Part shown: one piece after another, positions 25,581 to 37,300 of the stretch
Numbering within the stretch: the first letter of the stretch is position 1
Layout: every line of letters starts with the position of its first letter
NCBI RefSeq assembly: GCF_009834535.1
Contig: NC_045697.1
Coordinates: forward strand, 73,410,001 to 73,474,000
DNA from: Camelus ferus
Lineage: Eukaryota
Direction of reading: 5' to 3'
DNA: 64,000 bases
The notes under the pieces: model-generated
Told to the model about the DNA's origin: nothing
What the model saw: the letters and a program-made list of their open reading frames with translations, nothing else
The model's database searches: none
Made by a program: the position numbers and the translations under genes

Positions 25581-26429
25581 CTTCGAGAGTCCCAAATAGT
25601 CCTGTCTTCCACCAAGAATTTATAAGCAGGACCAGCACAAAGAATATCTGCTTCTTTATTGATAAATCCTTAATACTAGAATTATAATCAGCTGGTGCCT
25701 CATTATTCTATAACTTCTAGTTTGTCACTGGTAAAAATGTACATGTTGTTGTCAGTTCACTCTAAAAACACCTTATGTTACCTACCTGTTTCGGTGCTGG
25801 AAACTCTTATGTGAATGAACAAAATGCTAAGACTCATGATGAAGGTTATCATCTCCTTTCTTCTCATTGTCATAGTATTAGAACTGCCACTTGGTCCTCA
25901 AAATGCTCATCTTATCTGCTATCACTTAGAAGTTTGTACTAAGTCTCACATTATCCTTCATAAATGCCCACAAATTGTGAGAGGATGAAGTGCTCTATTC
26001 CTGTTGCTCTAGAAATTTCCACCAGCCTTGCTCCGAGAACCATTTAGGCCATTTACTGGGTTGACAATCTTAGTTGAACAGCCTATGGAACCAATTTTCT
26101 CTTTGTTCCCATTATTATTTGCTAATTTTTACTCTGCCATCTAACATCAAAATCCAGCAACTCACTAAGAACAATTCAAGGCATCCTAATTTGGAGCATC
26201 ATTTAACGATGTACTCTAGTGTACTTATTCAGGGTACAATGATCTACATTTATCTATATTTTGGTCTATATGTTTATATTACCCACAACAGTGTTGCAAA
26301 GGGTTTACCCAACTTGAAAATTTTGCCATTAACTAGTAGCTCTTTTCTAGTTTAATTCTGTCACTGTGTGTTTTGCTACATTATTCAAGTTACCTAATTC
26401 CTTGGCCTTGGAAGGGTAATTCATATAAG

Positions 26430-26670
26430 ATTAAAATACTTAGAATAGATTTAACAAAAGATGTGTAAATCCTCTATACTTAAATATAAAAATGAATTGT
26501 TGTGTGAAAGTAAAGAAGATGGAAACAAATGGAGAAATATAACAAATTTATAGACTGAAAAAATCAATATTTTTAAGCTGTTAATTCTTCCCAAATGGAT
26601 CAATCTATTTAGTATAATCCCAATAACCATTCTAGCAGGTTTTTGTGGAAAATGCCAAACTGATTCAGAG
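26430..26670 (+). mobile_element. Old L1 ORF2 fragment
   Basis: AAAATACTTAGAATAGATTTAACAAAAGATGTG...AATTCTTCCCAAAT...AATCCCAATAAC, the L1 KYLGI-LTK / IPIKI region. Confidence 0.75.
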
Positions 26671-26684
26671 TGCGATGCTAAAAT

Positions 26685-27090
26685 GTGTAGTAGTGTAGAG
26701 AGTTGGTTCAGCTCTCAGACCCTGCACGCAGACTCCTGGCTCTACCATTTTCTATTCCCACGTGTGACCTTTGACCAAATAAAGTTCCACAATTCACTGT
26801 GATATTTGCTCTGTCTGAAATTTGGTATGTCCCCTTACTTTGTAAATAACACTTATGATTTTCTATAAACTGATGTGTTGGTAGTTTTTCAAATGGGCCA
26901 CCAACTATGTTCCAGGAACACAGAGACAATAATATCAAACTCAGCTGTCTCTGAACTTTTACTCTCTCATTTCTAAAGAGAATAGCAATAGTAACCTGTC
27001 TCATGGAATTTCTGTAAAGATTGAATGATACAATGCAAACTACTTGGCAAAGAAGTCCCTGGCACATAACAGAGATTCAATAAACCTGGA
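26685..27090 (+). mobile_element. MIR fragments
   Basis: GTGTGACCTTTGACCAAAT core and TGTAAAGATTGAATGATACAATGCA...CCTGGCACATA 3' end. Confidence 0.65.
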
Positions 27091-27154
27091 CTATCTAAAG
27101 GGAAAGAAAGGATAAAAGGAAAAAGAAGGATAATAAATGTGAGTGAGAGTTGGA

Positions 27155-27338
27155 CACAAATGATGCTTTTGTAACTCACAGTATATCACACTACAATGAT
27201 TAAACAAGACCAGTTTTGGGGCCTCAGATAGAGAAGTGAGCACAAATAATGCTTTTTTTTTTTTAAATAATGCTTTTGTAACTCACACTACATTGGCTAT
27301 GGAATGATTAAACATGACCAGTTCCTGAGCCTCAGATA
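27155..27338 (+). repeat. Diverged tandem duplication of about 85 bp
   Basis: CACAAATRATGCTTTT(..)GTAACTCACA...AATGATTAAACAWGACCAGTT...GCCTCAGATA occurs twice (27155-27230 and 27241-27338). Confidence 0.9.
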
Positions 27339-27499
27339 TAAAAAAGGGTCATCTTTTCAAATACAAAAGAAAAAAACTATTTTGGGGAAAAGTAAGCCAG
27401 TTACCTATGGCATATCAGTTCAAGCAAGAAGGTCCACTATGAACGATAAGGAATAAAGGATTTATGATAGAACTTACTGAATTTTGGGAACTGGTGATG

Positions 27500-28010
27500 G
27501 CGTCTATGAAAAGCCGCTGTCTCTGTGTCTGGGGAGGTCTGAAGTCATGGAATGTAAACAGGCACATATTTAAGATAAAAAGCTGGGCATGAAATGGGTG
27601 AAAGCAAATGCAAATTGGAATGTGAAAGAGTAAACAGGAACCCACAAGACAAACTAGAAGTTGCCGGCGGCTCTCCCTCTCCGTGCCTCTAAACTTGACC
27701 ACACAATGGCTGTATACAAAGCTGGCACACTCGACCTCACAGTTGTGTACACGTCTGGCCCAGGTCTCAGGGAAGCTGGGAGTATCCAGTGAGAGCCAGA
27801 GAAGCCGCAGACCCAGCTGCTGCAGGACATCAGCAACGTGTATCTGAAGATCAGCTACAATACAGCCTCTGGCGTCCTGCACACTAACCCTCCCAGCATA
27901 ATTACTGCTGCTTCACGCCCATCTTTTAAATCTTGCATAAATTTTCTTACAGCCAGCCCTAACTTGGACCCACACAGAGAAGAGAATTCTGGGAAATGTA
28001 TTTCCCAATA
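27500..28010. mobile_element. Probable ancient LTR
   Basis: Ends in GAATTCTGGGAAATGTATTTCCCA, a terminus typical of old mammalian LTR families. Family not resolved. Confidence 0.4.
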
Positions 28011-28392
28011 AGACCACTTCTCAACCTCTATGATAAATTATCATGTCTTATTTTTATCACTGACTATTAAATCCTGTGGTAAATATATAAGAATAAATGC
28101 TTTGTGTGTGTTTGAGATAGTAAGAACTATCATATATTGATAATTAAATGCATAAAAGAAAAATCAACTTCCACTGAATGTTCGTTATGCATGAAATATT
28201 TCTCAGCACCTTTCACATTACCATAATAATCCTCACAACTGCATTGTAGAGTATTCTCTAATTTACGTTGATACTCATTTAAAAATTAGGCTCACAGGTG
28301 AAATAATTCCCAAAGGATCCAGAATATATGGCAAAACGTGATCTGAACATGGGTGTCTGATGTCAAAGTAGAGATGCCTTTTGTACTGGATT

Positions 28393-28397
<5 letters not shown>

Positions 28398-28437
<40 letters not shown>

Positions 28438-28470
28438 AGAAGAAGAAGAAGAAGAAGAAGAAGAAGAAGA
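28398..28470 (+). repeat. A38 followed by (GAA)11
   Basis: Directly visible. Confidence 0.95.
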
Positions 28471-28499
28471 TCGTAGTTAAAACTATTAAGAAAAAATAT

Positions 28500-28700
28500 C
28501 AAAAAAGTTCTAAGAGCTTGAACATGTTAGTGGCAGGTAGATGGAAACAGTGATGATTAGATGGCTTGGAAATAATTCATTAAAAAAAAGGGTACTACAT
28601 CCAGAGACGAGAAAGCTGAAAGGCAGAATGGTCTTCACATATGTGAAGGATTCTTACTAATAGGTCTGCATGGTTGTCAAAAAGGTGATGATTCTGTGAT
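28500..28700 (+). mobile_element. L3/CR1 3' region fragment
   Basis: GAGAAAGCTGAAAGGCAGAATGGTCTTCACATATGTGAAGG resembles the L3 'RRLRGDM..VFKYLKG' region. Confidence 0.45.
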
Positions 28701-29459
28701 TGACAGGAAGACAGCAACACATACAGGCAAAGGATATGAGTTCTCTTAGGGCAGGTAAAACATATAATTTACTACAAACAGACAGCTGTACAAGCCAGGC
28801 AAAAAGAGCACCACATCCAGACAGAGAGGCAAGCCAGGCCTCCTGACCCTTCAAGTCCTTATGAAGCAGTCTTTCTACTTGGATACTACCTAATCGGAGT
28901 TAAGATTCTGTCACATCCTTCAAACAGACTTGGCTTATCATTCTCAAAGGTTTTGTAACTTCTGGCTATTTCTACCTGTTATTGAAACTCTGGCCATGTG
29001 CTTGACTCTTCACCAGGTTCAAGAAATTTGTAAAAACCTCAGCACAGATCTGAGTTGAATGTTTTCCGGGCATAGCACACCCCTTGCCTGCTCAGGCTTT
29101 AGGCCTGCGTGCGATCAATTCATTCGGCTAGTAGAGCTTTCATATCCAAAAATGACGGGGCGGAAAAGAGGAAATGATCTTAAACTCTGAAACTAGAAGT
29201 CTAATTTAAGTACAAAAATACGTTTTATGATAGTGGGACTTCAAGAGACTAGAATGAGGACTACAGAATTTCTATGACTTAAGGTTTTTGCTTTTTAACA
29301 GAATAGGTCATTTTCTCTCTGGTTTGCTATAATTGTGATTCTAGATAGTTCACCTTCCAAAATTTTATTCAATTTTACTCAATTGAATTTTATTTAATAA
29401 TTCTTTTAGAATATATCTGAGTGCCCACCACATACCAGGTACTGCCTAGACGTCAAAAA

Positions 29460-29800
29460 ATGGAAGACTTGACTATGTAGGTTTCAAAAAGAGATTATAA
29501 AAATCCTTCCTGATACACACCAAATAAAGTTATCAGACTTCTACAGTTTGTTGTAATTTGATACTTCCTCTTCCTTTGTAAGTAACAGATCTGTTTTCCA
29601 TAAGTCATTTTCATAAATATACATGTAGTATCTTTGTTATGATGGTTGAAAACTGCCTTTGTAGTCCATATAGATCAAGACTTGGCCACCACAATATTGA
29701 ATTATTAGCAAATTATTCATAGAAAGAACATTTTCAACATTATGGAGACAATTCAGAAACTTATTTTTCTTAGTAAATATTTTAAACACCCTAATTAGCA
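29460..29800 (-). mobile_element. Ancient non-LTR (CR1-like) reverse-transcriptase fossil
   Basis: Minus strand IYMDYKGSF (29675-29649), resembling IYMDF.KAFD, followed by GVYQEGFL*SLFETYI (29521-29474), resembling GVPQGS.L.P.LF.IYI. Confidence 0.55.
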
Positions 29801-30120
29801 ATCAGCTACTAATAATTTTTGAATTTTCTGTTCAAACAAAAGGTAGCAGGCAGGTTTCATGAAATAATTATGAAGAGTTTGTGCCAACATAGAGACATTC
29901 GTGAGCCACTTTATATGGTTTTTCACCTTCCAGAGTATCTGCGAATATTAAACCAAATGCCTACCATATTCCACATCCTTTACTGATGCCTGGTAACACT
30001 GCCTCCTTGTTTAAACAGCTTTCTGGGAACTTTTCTTGGTCTGTGATGAGGACCAACTAGATTTATATGTATCCTCTTCTCCTAGGATTCCTTTTCTCAC
30101 TATTCATTGTAAATTTAATT

Positions 30121-30261
30121 TTTCTTTTTTGTTTTCTGGTGGGGGGAGATAATTAGGTTTATTTATTTATTTATTCTTGGGGGAGGTCCTGGGGATTGAA
30201 CCCAGAACCTCATGCATGCTAAGCATGTGCCCTACTACTTGAGCTGTACCCTCCCTACCCC
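30121..30261 (-). mobile_element. Camelid tRNA-derived SINE (Vic-1-like)
   Basis: GGGGGAGATAATTAGGTTTATTTATTT...GGGGATTGAACCCAGAACCTCATGCATGCTAAGC...GAGCTGTACC. Same family as 50563 and 54070. Confidence 0.85.
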
Positions 30262-31812
30262 CTCATTCTAGTGGTTGGACATCTCCTGCTTTCAATTTTC
30301 TCTTTTTTACAGCCTCTAATTCTCATTTTAAGGTTGCAGCCACTTCACTATTTATCTGAAGACATTAATTATAATGTTTTTAATATTTTTTCTGCTCTCT
30401 GAATTGTTTAGTAATTCTTCAAAGTTCTTTTGCCTTTGGTTTATTTGTGCTCTCTCTCCCATGTTATGGGGCCTTTTTTCCCTCCATAAAATGGCCGTCC
30501 ATTCATATTTCAGTTGCAGTGCTAAGAAGCTGCTTGGATACTCTGTGTCCATGGGCTGGTCTTATTTACTGTCTCTCATCAGGCTGAACCGTTTTACCAG
30601 GGAATCTGGAACACTCAATACCTCTAGGATTTCTTCTACCAAAAGGAATGCTTTACTTTCCCATCTGGGATTTATAGCCTGGCTGCCACTGTTCTTAGAT
30701 TCAAGTAGGGAAGTTCTCTCACTTTTCAGAATGTAGATTTTTACATAATCTCACTTTTTTCAGCATAAGACTCTCCACCTTCAGCTATGTCTTTTGGGAC
30801 AGACTCATGAGAGATTAAACCTCTGATTTTCAACCAGTCTAAGGTATATCATGTGGCTTGGCTTCTAGGATGTAAAATGTGCTATAACTCTTGTAGCAGA
30901 AACACCCTGTCCACAGAGGAGCAAGGTATTTTTGAGCAGAATTACAATGGACTCAATCTATCTACTGGAGAAATAATGTCCTTAAATAGCTCTATGTGGC
31001 CAATTATAAGTTCTCACAGAACAGCATTATAGAATGTTGCTAAATTAATATAAAATAATATCAGCAAATTCTCTAACTACACAATGCAATGGACATCAAG
31101 TCACAAAAGTACCATACTCCTTAAAAATTATCCTCAATCCCTCATAATGCCTCCTCTGTCTGTTTCCATGGTCTCCGGGGTCCTACATCATCCGCGTTCT
31201 CAGTTCCCGCAGCTCCACTGGTTTCAGGGCTTCATACTGGCTCTTTCCCCCTGGGTGCTTTGGTGTCCCTCTTAGATATTGCTTTCTCTTAATCCCCAGG
31301 CAATATCAACTCTCTCTCTCTCATTACTTCCATTTTAATGAGGAGATATTTCTTCCCCCTCTGTCAGTATTGTATATATTAATATGCTTTAAAAAGAAAA
31401 ATCTAATAGCACTCCTAGAAACAGAGGCCAAAAATCCCTCTCAATTTCAAGATAGGACAACATTGAAACTAGACCCACTACAGCTTCCTTTCCTGGTGAG
31501 TTTAGGTATGTCTTATGATCATTTAAAATTCTCATTCCTTGGAATTCTTCAGAATTCTTCAAGAGAGGGGTGGGCCAAACTTTACCCCGTTCCTCCTCCT
31601 GAAATCTCAATTCTAGAGTTGGACTCCTGATCTAGTTGAAGATCCAGAGTATGTGAGGGAGGTGACTGCCAACATATACCATGGCTTCTGGTATTCTTTC
31701 AGTCCATTGAAAGTGCCCTCTTAAGAAAGACCCTGAGAGTTGAAATCCTGCATATAGGCACAATTCATAAATGCATCAAAGGGGGCTGATTGGGAAGGAA
31801 AACAAGAAGCTG

Positions 31813-31829
31813 TCTCTCTCTTCTCTCTA

Positions 31830-31909
<80 letters not shown>
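31813..31909 (+). repeat. Compound (CT)n(CA)n microsatellite
   Basis: Directly visible. Confidence 0.95.
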
Positions 31910-31911
<2 letters not shown>

Positions 31912-32579
31912 ATACCCCTCTGCCTTTGGCAGTTAAAAATTATGACCAAACGCTGCTTAGTAGCTCCCAGTTGCTATGAGGTTATAAAGGAAGACAGCTG
32001 ATCTCTAAGGTAACAAGTGTCCAAGTCAAATAAAGCCATACAGATTAAAGTCAACACTTAAAAATTAAAACGAAATGGTATCCTGGACTGGCTGTGAGGT
32101 GCAGGTGTTCCATACTCTCTATGACCAACAGCCTTAACCAAACAGGTTGTAATTACAGCATCTTAGTTCAAAACTTCCAGCCAAACTCTAGCTTTGTTCT
32201 CCTGATAAAGCTTTACCTGGAATGGTAACTGTTTGAAATACAAGAGAAATTTAGACAGACAGAAAAGACAAGGAGTCCTTGAGAAAGAGACTCTGTTTGT
32301 ACCTGGATTAGTGGGTAAAAGCCAGAAGTCAGGGTCATGCCTTTTCCTAATGTGTCTTTAAACAGAACTAAGGCCCTGATGATAAAGGTTGCATAGACAA
32401 TAGGGTCTGGGGTGGCTTCCTTCCAGCAACATATTTCTTGCTACGCAGGATACAAATATAAATAACTTACTATTCCTCACACTTATGTCCTTCTTTCCCT
32501 TCCCTCTCATTCATTTTTTCTGTATTTTCAATCTGTCCCCCCAACCCTAATGCCCCATTTCCCATGGCAGAAACACAAG

Positions 32580-32800
32580 TGCATAGTGAGAAAAGCCCAG
32601 AATCTAAAATCAGAAGACTCAAGAGTCCTCAGCTCCATCACTTGATAGCTGTGAAAATCAGAAAAATCTTTGAATCCTTGTGAACTTAATTCCTACTTTG
32701 TGAAATGGGAATAATCACCATACTATTTTAAGATCTGAGTTGAGGATCAGATATCATCTTCGTTAAAGCATCTTGCAGTAAATAAGTGCTCCTTATTAAT
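32580..32800 (+). mobile_element. MIR SINE
   Basis: GCATAGTGAGAAAAGCCCAG...TGTGAAATGGGAATAATC. Confidence 0.65.
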
Positions 32801-33079
32801 ATTCCTTAAAGAGTTTGAAGGAAACAAGGATTCATAGGCATATGAATAGCAAAGGTGCCACGCTGACCTCATAAATGTCTATGTTTAAGTTCCATTTTTA
32901 AATTCTGATTTTTAGGTTGGATTCTTTTCTTCTAATTTGTGTGGAATTCTGACATCAGGCCCAGTAATACTGAATACTAACCACATTTTGTTGGTGATAC
33001 TATGATAGCAAATAGCATGAAGATGCATTTTAATGACCAATTCTCTCCTTTAGTTCATTAAAAAGGATATGAATTTTAA

Positions 33080-33290
33080 CAGCCAACACTTCTTGGAATG
33101 CTTACTATGTTCCAGGCAGTGTTCTAAGTGAACACGTGTGTTATCTCATTAAATCGTTGTAACAGTCCTATGAGGAATTGTCCCCACTTTACAGATGAAG
33201 AAAGGAAAGAGCAGAAGAGCATTTACCTGAGGGAGAAGCAACGGTGCCACAGTTGGAACAGAGCCATCAGCCCCCGAGCCTGGGTTCATA
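33080..33290 (-). mobile_element. MIR SINE
   Basis: TGCTTACTATGTTCCAGGCAGTGTTCTAAGTG...CCCCACTTTACAGATGAAGAAA. Confidence 0.85.
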
Positions 33291-33344
33291 ACGAGTGGAC
33301 TGGAAGACCTCTCCACATGACTACTGTATACTGAGAGGACTGTT

Positions 33345-33600
33345 AATCAGTCAAAGTCAGAACGAAAGGAAGCAAAAAGATCCCCTAGTCTACCCTTCCC
33401 TCAGATGGAGAGAGTCGGCCTACAACATCCCTGAAAGATCACCACCCCGCCTCTGTCGAGCTGACACATCTCAAATTCAGCTGCTGCTGTTTGGTCAGCC
33501 TGAGCCAGCTCTGGGTGGTGGCAAATCCAGGTGTAAGAGGTTTCCTGGCAACTAGAACCGTAACCTTGGCCGAACAGCCCCAGCCCTCGATTTTTCTTTC
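33345..33600 (-). mobile_element. L3/CR1 3' end fragment
   Basis: GATCCCCTAGTCTACCC...CCTACAACATCCCTGAAAGATCACC...GCCTCTG resembles the antisense L3 3' end. Confidence 0.5.
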
Positions 33601-33899
33601 CCTCATTTCACCCGTACGTGTCTTTCCTTTCTTTGTCAAATATCTTCTGGCTTTCCAAAAGAAAAAAGAAGAATTAAAGCTTGTTTCATGAGGCCAGAAA
33701 TGAGTTATTTTCAGGGTTTGATACCCTATTATTGCTATTTTTTTAAATACAATGTTATCTTTTTAATTTCCACCCCTCCATTTCTTAACAGACAGAGGTT
33801 ACACGTTTTTAAAAAGTCAAAATCATATTCCTTCCTGTTATTTTGGAAAACGTGGGCATTCACTTGAAGAAAAGCATTCTTTGTGACACTCAGGTCAAG

Positions 33900-34223
33900 G
33901 GTCCCCGTTCGAAGGCCTGCTTCAGCTGGGGGCCGTGCTCGCACCTCACTGGGCTGCCCCACCGCGGTGGCAAGGGAGTCAAGCGTCAAGGACAAAAGAG
34001 GCACCTTCGTCCTGATGCTGTGTTTCTCACAGGTGAAACGGGAAATCAAATCCCTGCCTCTCCCGGCAGCACTGTCCTCTCTGAACAGGACATTAACTTC
34101 CACAAAGGAGCCTGGTGGTAAACGGGGTGATTAGCTAGATAGGCCTGAACAGCTGGGCTCCGGAGCCGGCAGCGCGCGGGGGAGGGGCAGGACCAGCACC
34201 CGGGCCTGTGGTTCCATCTAAGC

Positions 34224-34254
<31 letters not shown>

Positions 34255-34470
34255 GATGAAAAGCTTCCAGAGGTGGGGGCAGGGGAGAGCCCAGATTGTA
34301 AACATCTCTTGCCTGTTGCCTAGAAGCAGTGGCAGCAAACAATCCAAAGACTGCTCCTAGATTTTCAAAATTTCCTTTCTACGCAGGGCTCTGTTTCTTT
34401 TTAAAATATGCGGCCATTTTATAAGGTCATCAGCCCACCTGCGACGTGTGCGTGTATTTTCATAATTTCC
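33900..34470. promoter_or_regulatory. Orphan CpG-rich element with (GCG)9 tract; candidate promoter or enhancer
   Basis: High GC and CpG content. GGGGAGGGGC box at about 34180, (GCG)9 at 34222-34250, FOX site TGTAAACA at about 34297, YY1-like GCGGCCATTTT at 34410-34420. Confidence 0.55.
34222..34250 (+). repeat. (GCG)9 / CGG trinucleotide repeat
   Basis: Directly visible. Confidence 0.95.
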
Positions 34471-36522
34471 CAGCCACCTCGTTCTAACTGCTTACCTAAA
34501 GTGGTCAATTATGGTTGAGCAAAACCTTGTTAATGTAAGTACATTAAATCTGCGGCTTTTATAAACCTTTTAATGACTGTTCTATATTAGGCACTCGTAT
34601 TTTTAAGAACCAACAGAAATTTAAAAATATACTTTGTTTATAGGGCAAATTTGATTATTCCTGATTGATGATTTTCTGAAACAAGGTGTGAGGAAGGGTG
34701 GGGGTTATGTATTATAAATTGGTTGAAAATGTGGTAACAGTAATGTTATAGGCTGTCTTGCAGAAATGAACTATGAAATATCACACGCACACTCATACAC
34801 TCACACATGTGCACAGAGCAAGAAAAGGGCAGGGCAGTAATAGTGGAAGATTTTAATTACCTACGCATAGGACAGGATTACATCAAGTGGAGGAAGTAGG
34901 GTTGGATCTGGTGCAAAGCTGCTTTCTAATTTAATGTGTACATCAACCTGAAAAGGAAGGAAAGAATGCCAGGCTTCCAATTAAATAATATTTAGGACTC
35001 AAAGGAAAGAGAGAATATGGAAAGCAGTGATTAAATCTCATTAAGCATATGATTTAATCCCAAATAGAAGCTAGAGGTGTTTAGAGACAACATGGAAATT
35101 TAGGAAGACCGAAAATAAAATACAGCATATAATCATTAATTCAGAAAGAGACAGGCCACTGAATTAAGGTTAGGGTAAATAACAGGGAAGTTGTTTTTAA
35201 AAACACAGCATCACCCAGAATGCCAGTCCCACTAATAAGTGGTAAATTTGTTTTAGCATTTTACAAGATCAAAGTGGAAAAGTAATGTTTCTAGAATGAT
35301 GCAGCAAAGAAAAGGCTCCCCTACCCTTTTCCAAGATCCAGAAATTTTAAAGAAATTGAAAATCAAATCCTGTACCCTTGGAAGGGAACGCTGAAAGGGC
35401 CCAGGGGAGAAAATGTGACCAAAAATTTTACCAAATCAGAGGATAAACTTCTTTGATGACATTAAAAGCACTCAACCCAGCAAGGCATCCTTAGGGCCAT
35501 TAAGGGGGTGAGTGGGCAGTCGGCAACAGAGGAGGCTGCCTTTGCTGAGAGCCTCAATGAATTCTCTGCCTGTGTATTTACCAGAGAAGCTGAAGGTCAC
35601 GTCCCGGAAATCGGGATACATTTTCTTGAGGGGAAAAGTGAAATGTTAAAAGGATTTTATGATCACATAAGAGCAGAGAGTTGGGCAATTAGAACTATTA
35701 AAAGTTGACAGGTCACAAGACCCAGATTAAATATGTCATGGAAATCTGAGAGAAGCGCAGAGGAAACAGGAAATGCCTTCCGCAGCATTTCTTAATAGCT
35801 CGCTTGGAAGGAGACTGAAGAATCCAGCCCGGAGCTTTTCTAGGACTAGGTGTTTAAAGGAAATCCTTGGAATCTTTAGAAATCCAGCCACCCATAACCT
35901 GAGTCATGGTGACAACGCAGATAGTGCCCACCCTTATTTTGCAGTTTTTAGAAATACATGATCTGGCGAAGAGTTCACATTAGCTGTATAAATCACAAAT
36001 AGTTGGCATTTTCATAGAAATAGCACTATTCCACACAAGTGAAAATGGAAGCCACTTAACTGCGTTTAAATTTCTTGAGTTATTTCTCATAGAGAGTTGC
36101 ATCTTTAATCTGTTTGCATTAAATGAAGCAGTACAGGTGTTAGTCCAAACTATCCCTAGACTCAAGGGAATGTGCGTATGTATAATGGAAAGGAAAGCTC
36201 CTGGAAATTACTGTCCATTGCTACTTTCATCAGCACCATCACCATCAAGGCATGGTTATTAAATACATACTTGTGTATGACACTAAAGCCAGGGAGTGGT
36301 TTGAGGGGGGCGTCATTCCTTTTCTGTCTCTGAGTTTGGATTTCACAGTGATTCATCTCATGCCTTTTGTTATTGTCTTCTCAACTATCATGGCACAGTA
36401 TGATCTTTAAAAACAAAAAATAAAAATACTCCACTTTTTGAGGATGTGCTTAGAGTTGACAACTGCTCCACCCATCAGCCTCCTGCTGCGTTTCCAAGAA
36501 CCAATAAAAAGAATGTAAATAG

Positions 36523-36813
36523 AAATGGTCTCACAGACATAAAAAATAAACTTATGGTTACTAAAGGGGGAAGTGGGGAGAGATAAATTAGGAATTGGGG
36601 ATTAACAGATACACACTACTATATATAAAATAGATAAACAACAAAGACCTACTGTGTAACACAGGGAACTATAATTACCATCTTGTAGTAGCCTATAATG
36701 GGAAAGAATCTGAAGAAGGATATGTAAATATATACACACACATATATATAACTGAATCACTTTGCTGTACACCTGACATACTGTAAATCAATTATATTTC
36801 AACAATAAAAAAT
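36523..36813 (+). mobile_element. L1 3' end with TSD
   Basis: L1 3'UTR (CTCACAGACATA...GACCTACTGTGTAACACAGGGAAC...ACTGAATCACTTTGCTGTACACC). TSD AATGTAAATAG at 36512-36522 and 36814-36824. Confidence 0.9.
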
Positions 36814-36984
36814 AATGTAAATAGTCACAGAATTGTGAAGTTAAAGTCAAAAGGGTAAGTGGCATTACTTAATGTTCATTAATCACTTAAAAACTGCATT
36901 TTCTTTTCCTTCTGCCCTTCCTCCTCTCCCCCTCCCTTCCTCTCCCCCTCCCTTCCTCTCTGCCTGCCCTCCTTCCTTGCTGCC

Positions 36985-37300
36985 CACTTCAAATATTTAT
37001 TGAATCCGCTGGACCAGACTGTGAGATTTAACGGTAACAACATGCAAACATGTGTGACTGTCCTCAAATAATTCTCAGAGTAATGGTGATAGTGACAGTG
37101 TGAGAGTCAGTGAAAGAGTACAAAACCCAGGGGGTCCAGAATGATGTAAGGGAGTAGGTAACCCAGCCAGGGCTAGTCAAGGGGACGGTGGGCCATAGAA
37201 GGAAACAAGAGGAGTTAACCAAGTGAAGGGAAGTGAGAAGGTATTTCATAAACACAAAGAGTGTATTTTCAAAGGTTTAGACAAGAAACAAAACTGTGAA
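36985..37300 (-). mobile_element. L2 3' fragment
   Basis: TTCAAATATTTATTGAATCC... antisense L2 end. Confidence 0.6.

Noticed and set aside
25700..26200. Possible decayed RTE/L4-type LINE on the minus strand
   Set aside because: Only a vague resemblance; no motif could be read convincingly.
27155..27338. CRISPR-like repeat-spacer array
   Set aside because: Only two diverged units in mammalian DNA, with no spacers and no cas genes.
27415..27882. 155-aa ORF
   Set aside because: It overlaps a probable old LTR and has no recognisable domain.
28275..28553. Poly-Lys and poly-Leu/Phe ORFs
   Set aside because: Artefacts of the A38-(GAA)n tract.
31721..32001. ER/SL/HT dipeptide-repeat ORFs
   Set aside because: Translations of the (CT)n(CA)n microsatellite.
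34046..34347. Poly-Pro and poly-Arg ORFs, and a 28-aa ORF (MEPQARV..., 34217-34131, minus)
   Set aside because: The homopolymer runs are just translations of the GCG repeat. No recognisable protein. The MEPQ start does not extend into any sequence I know.
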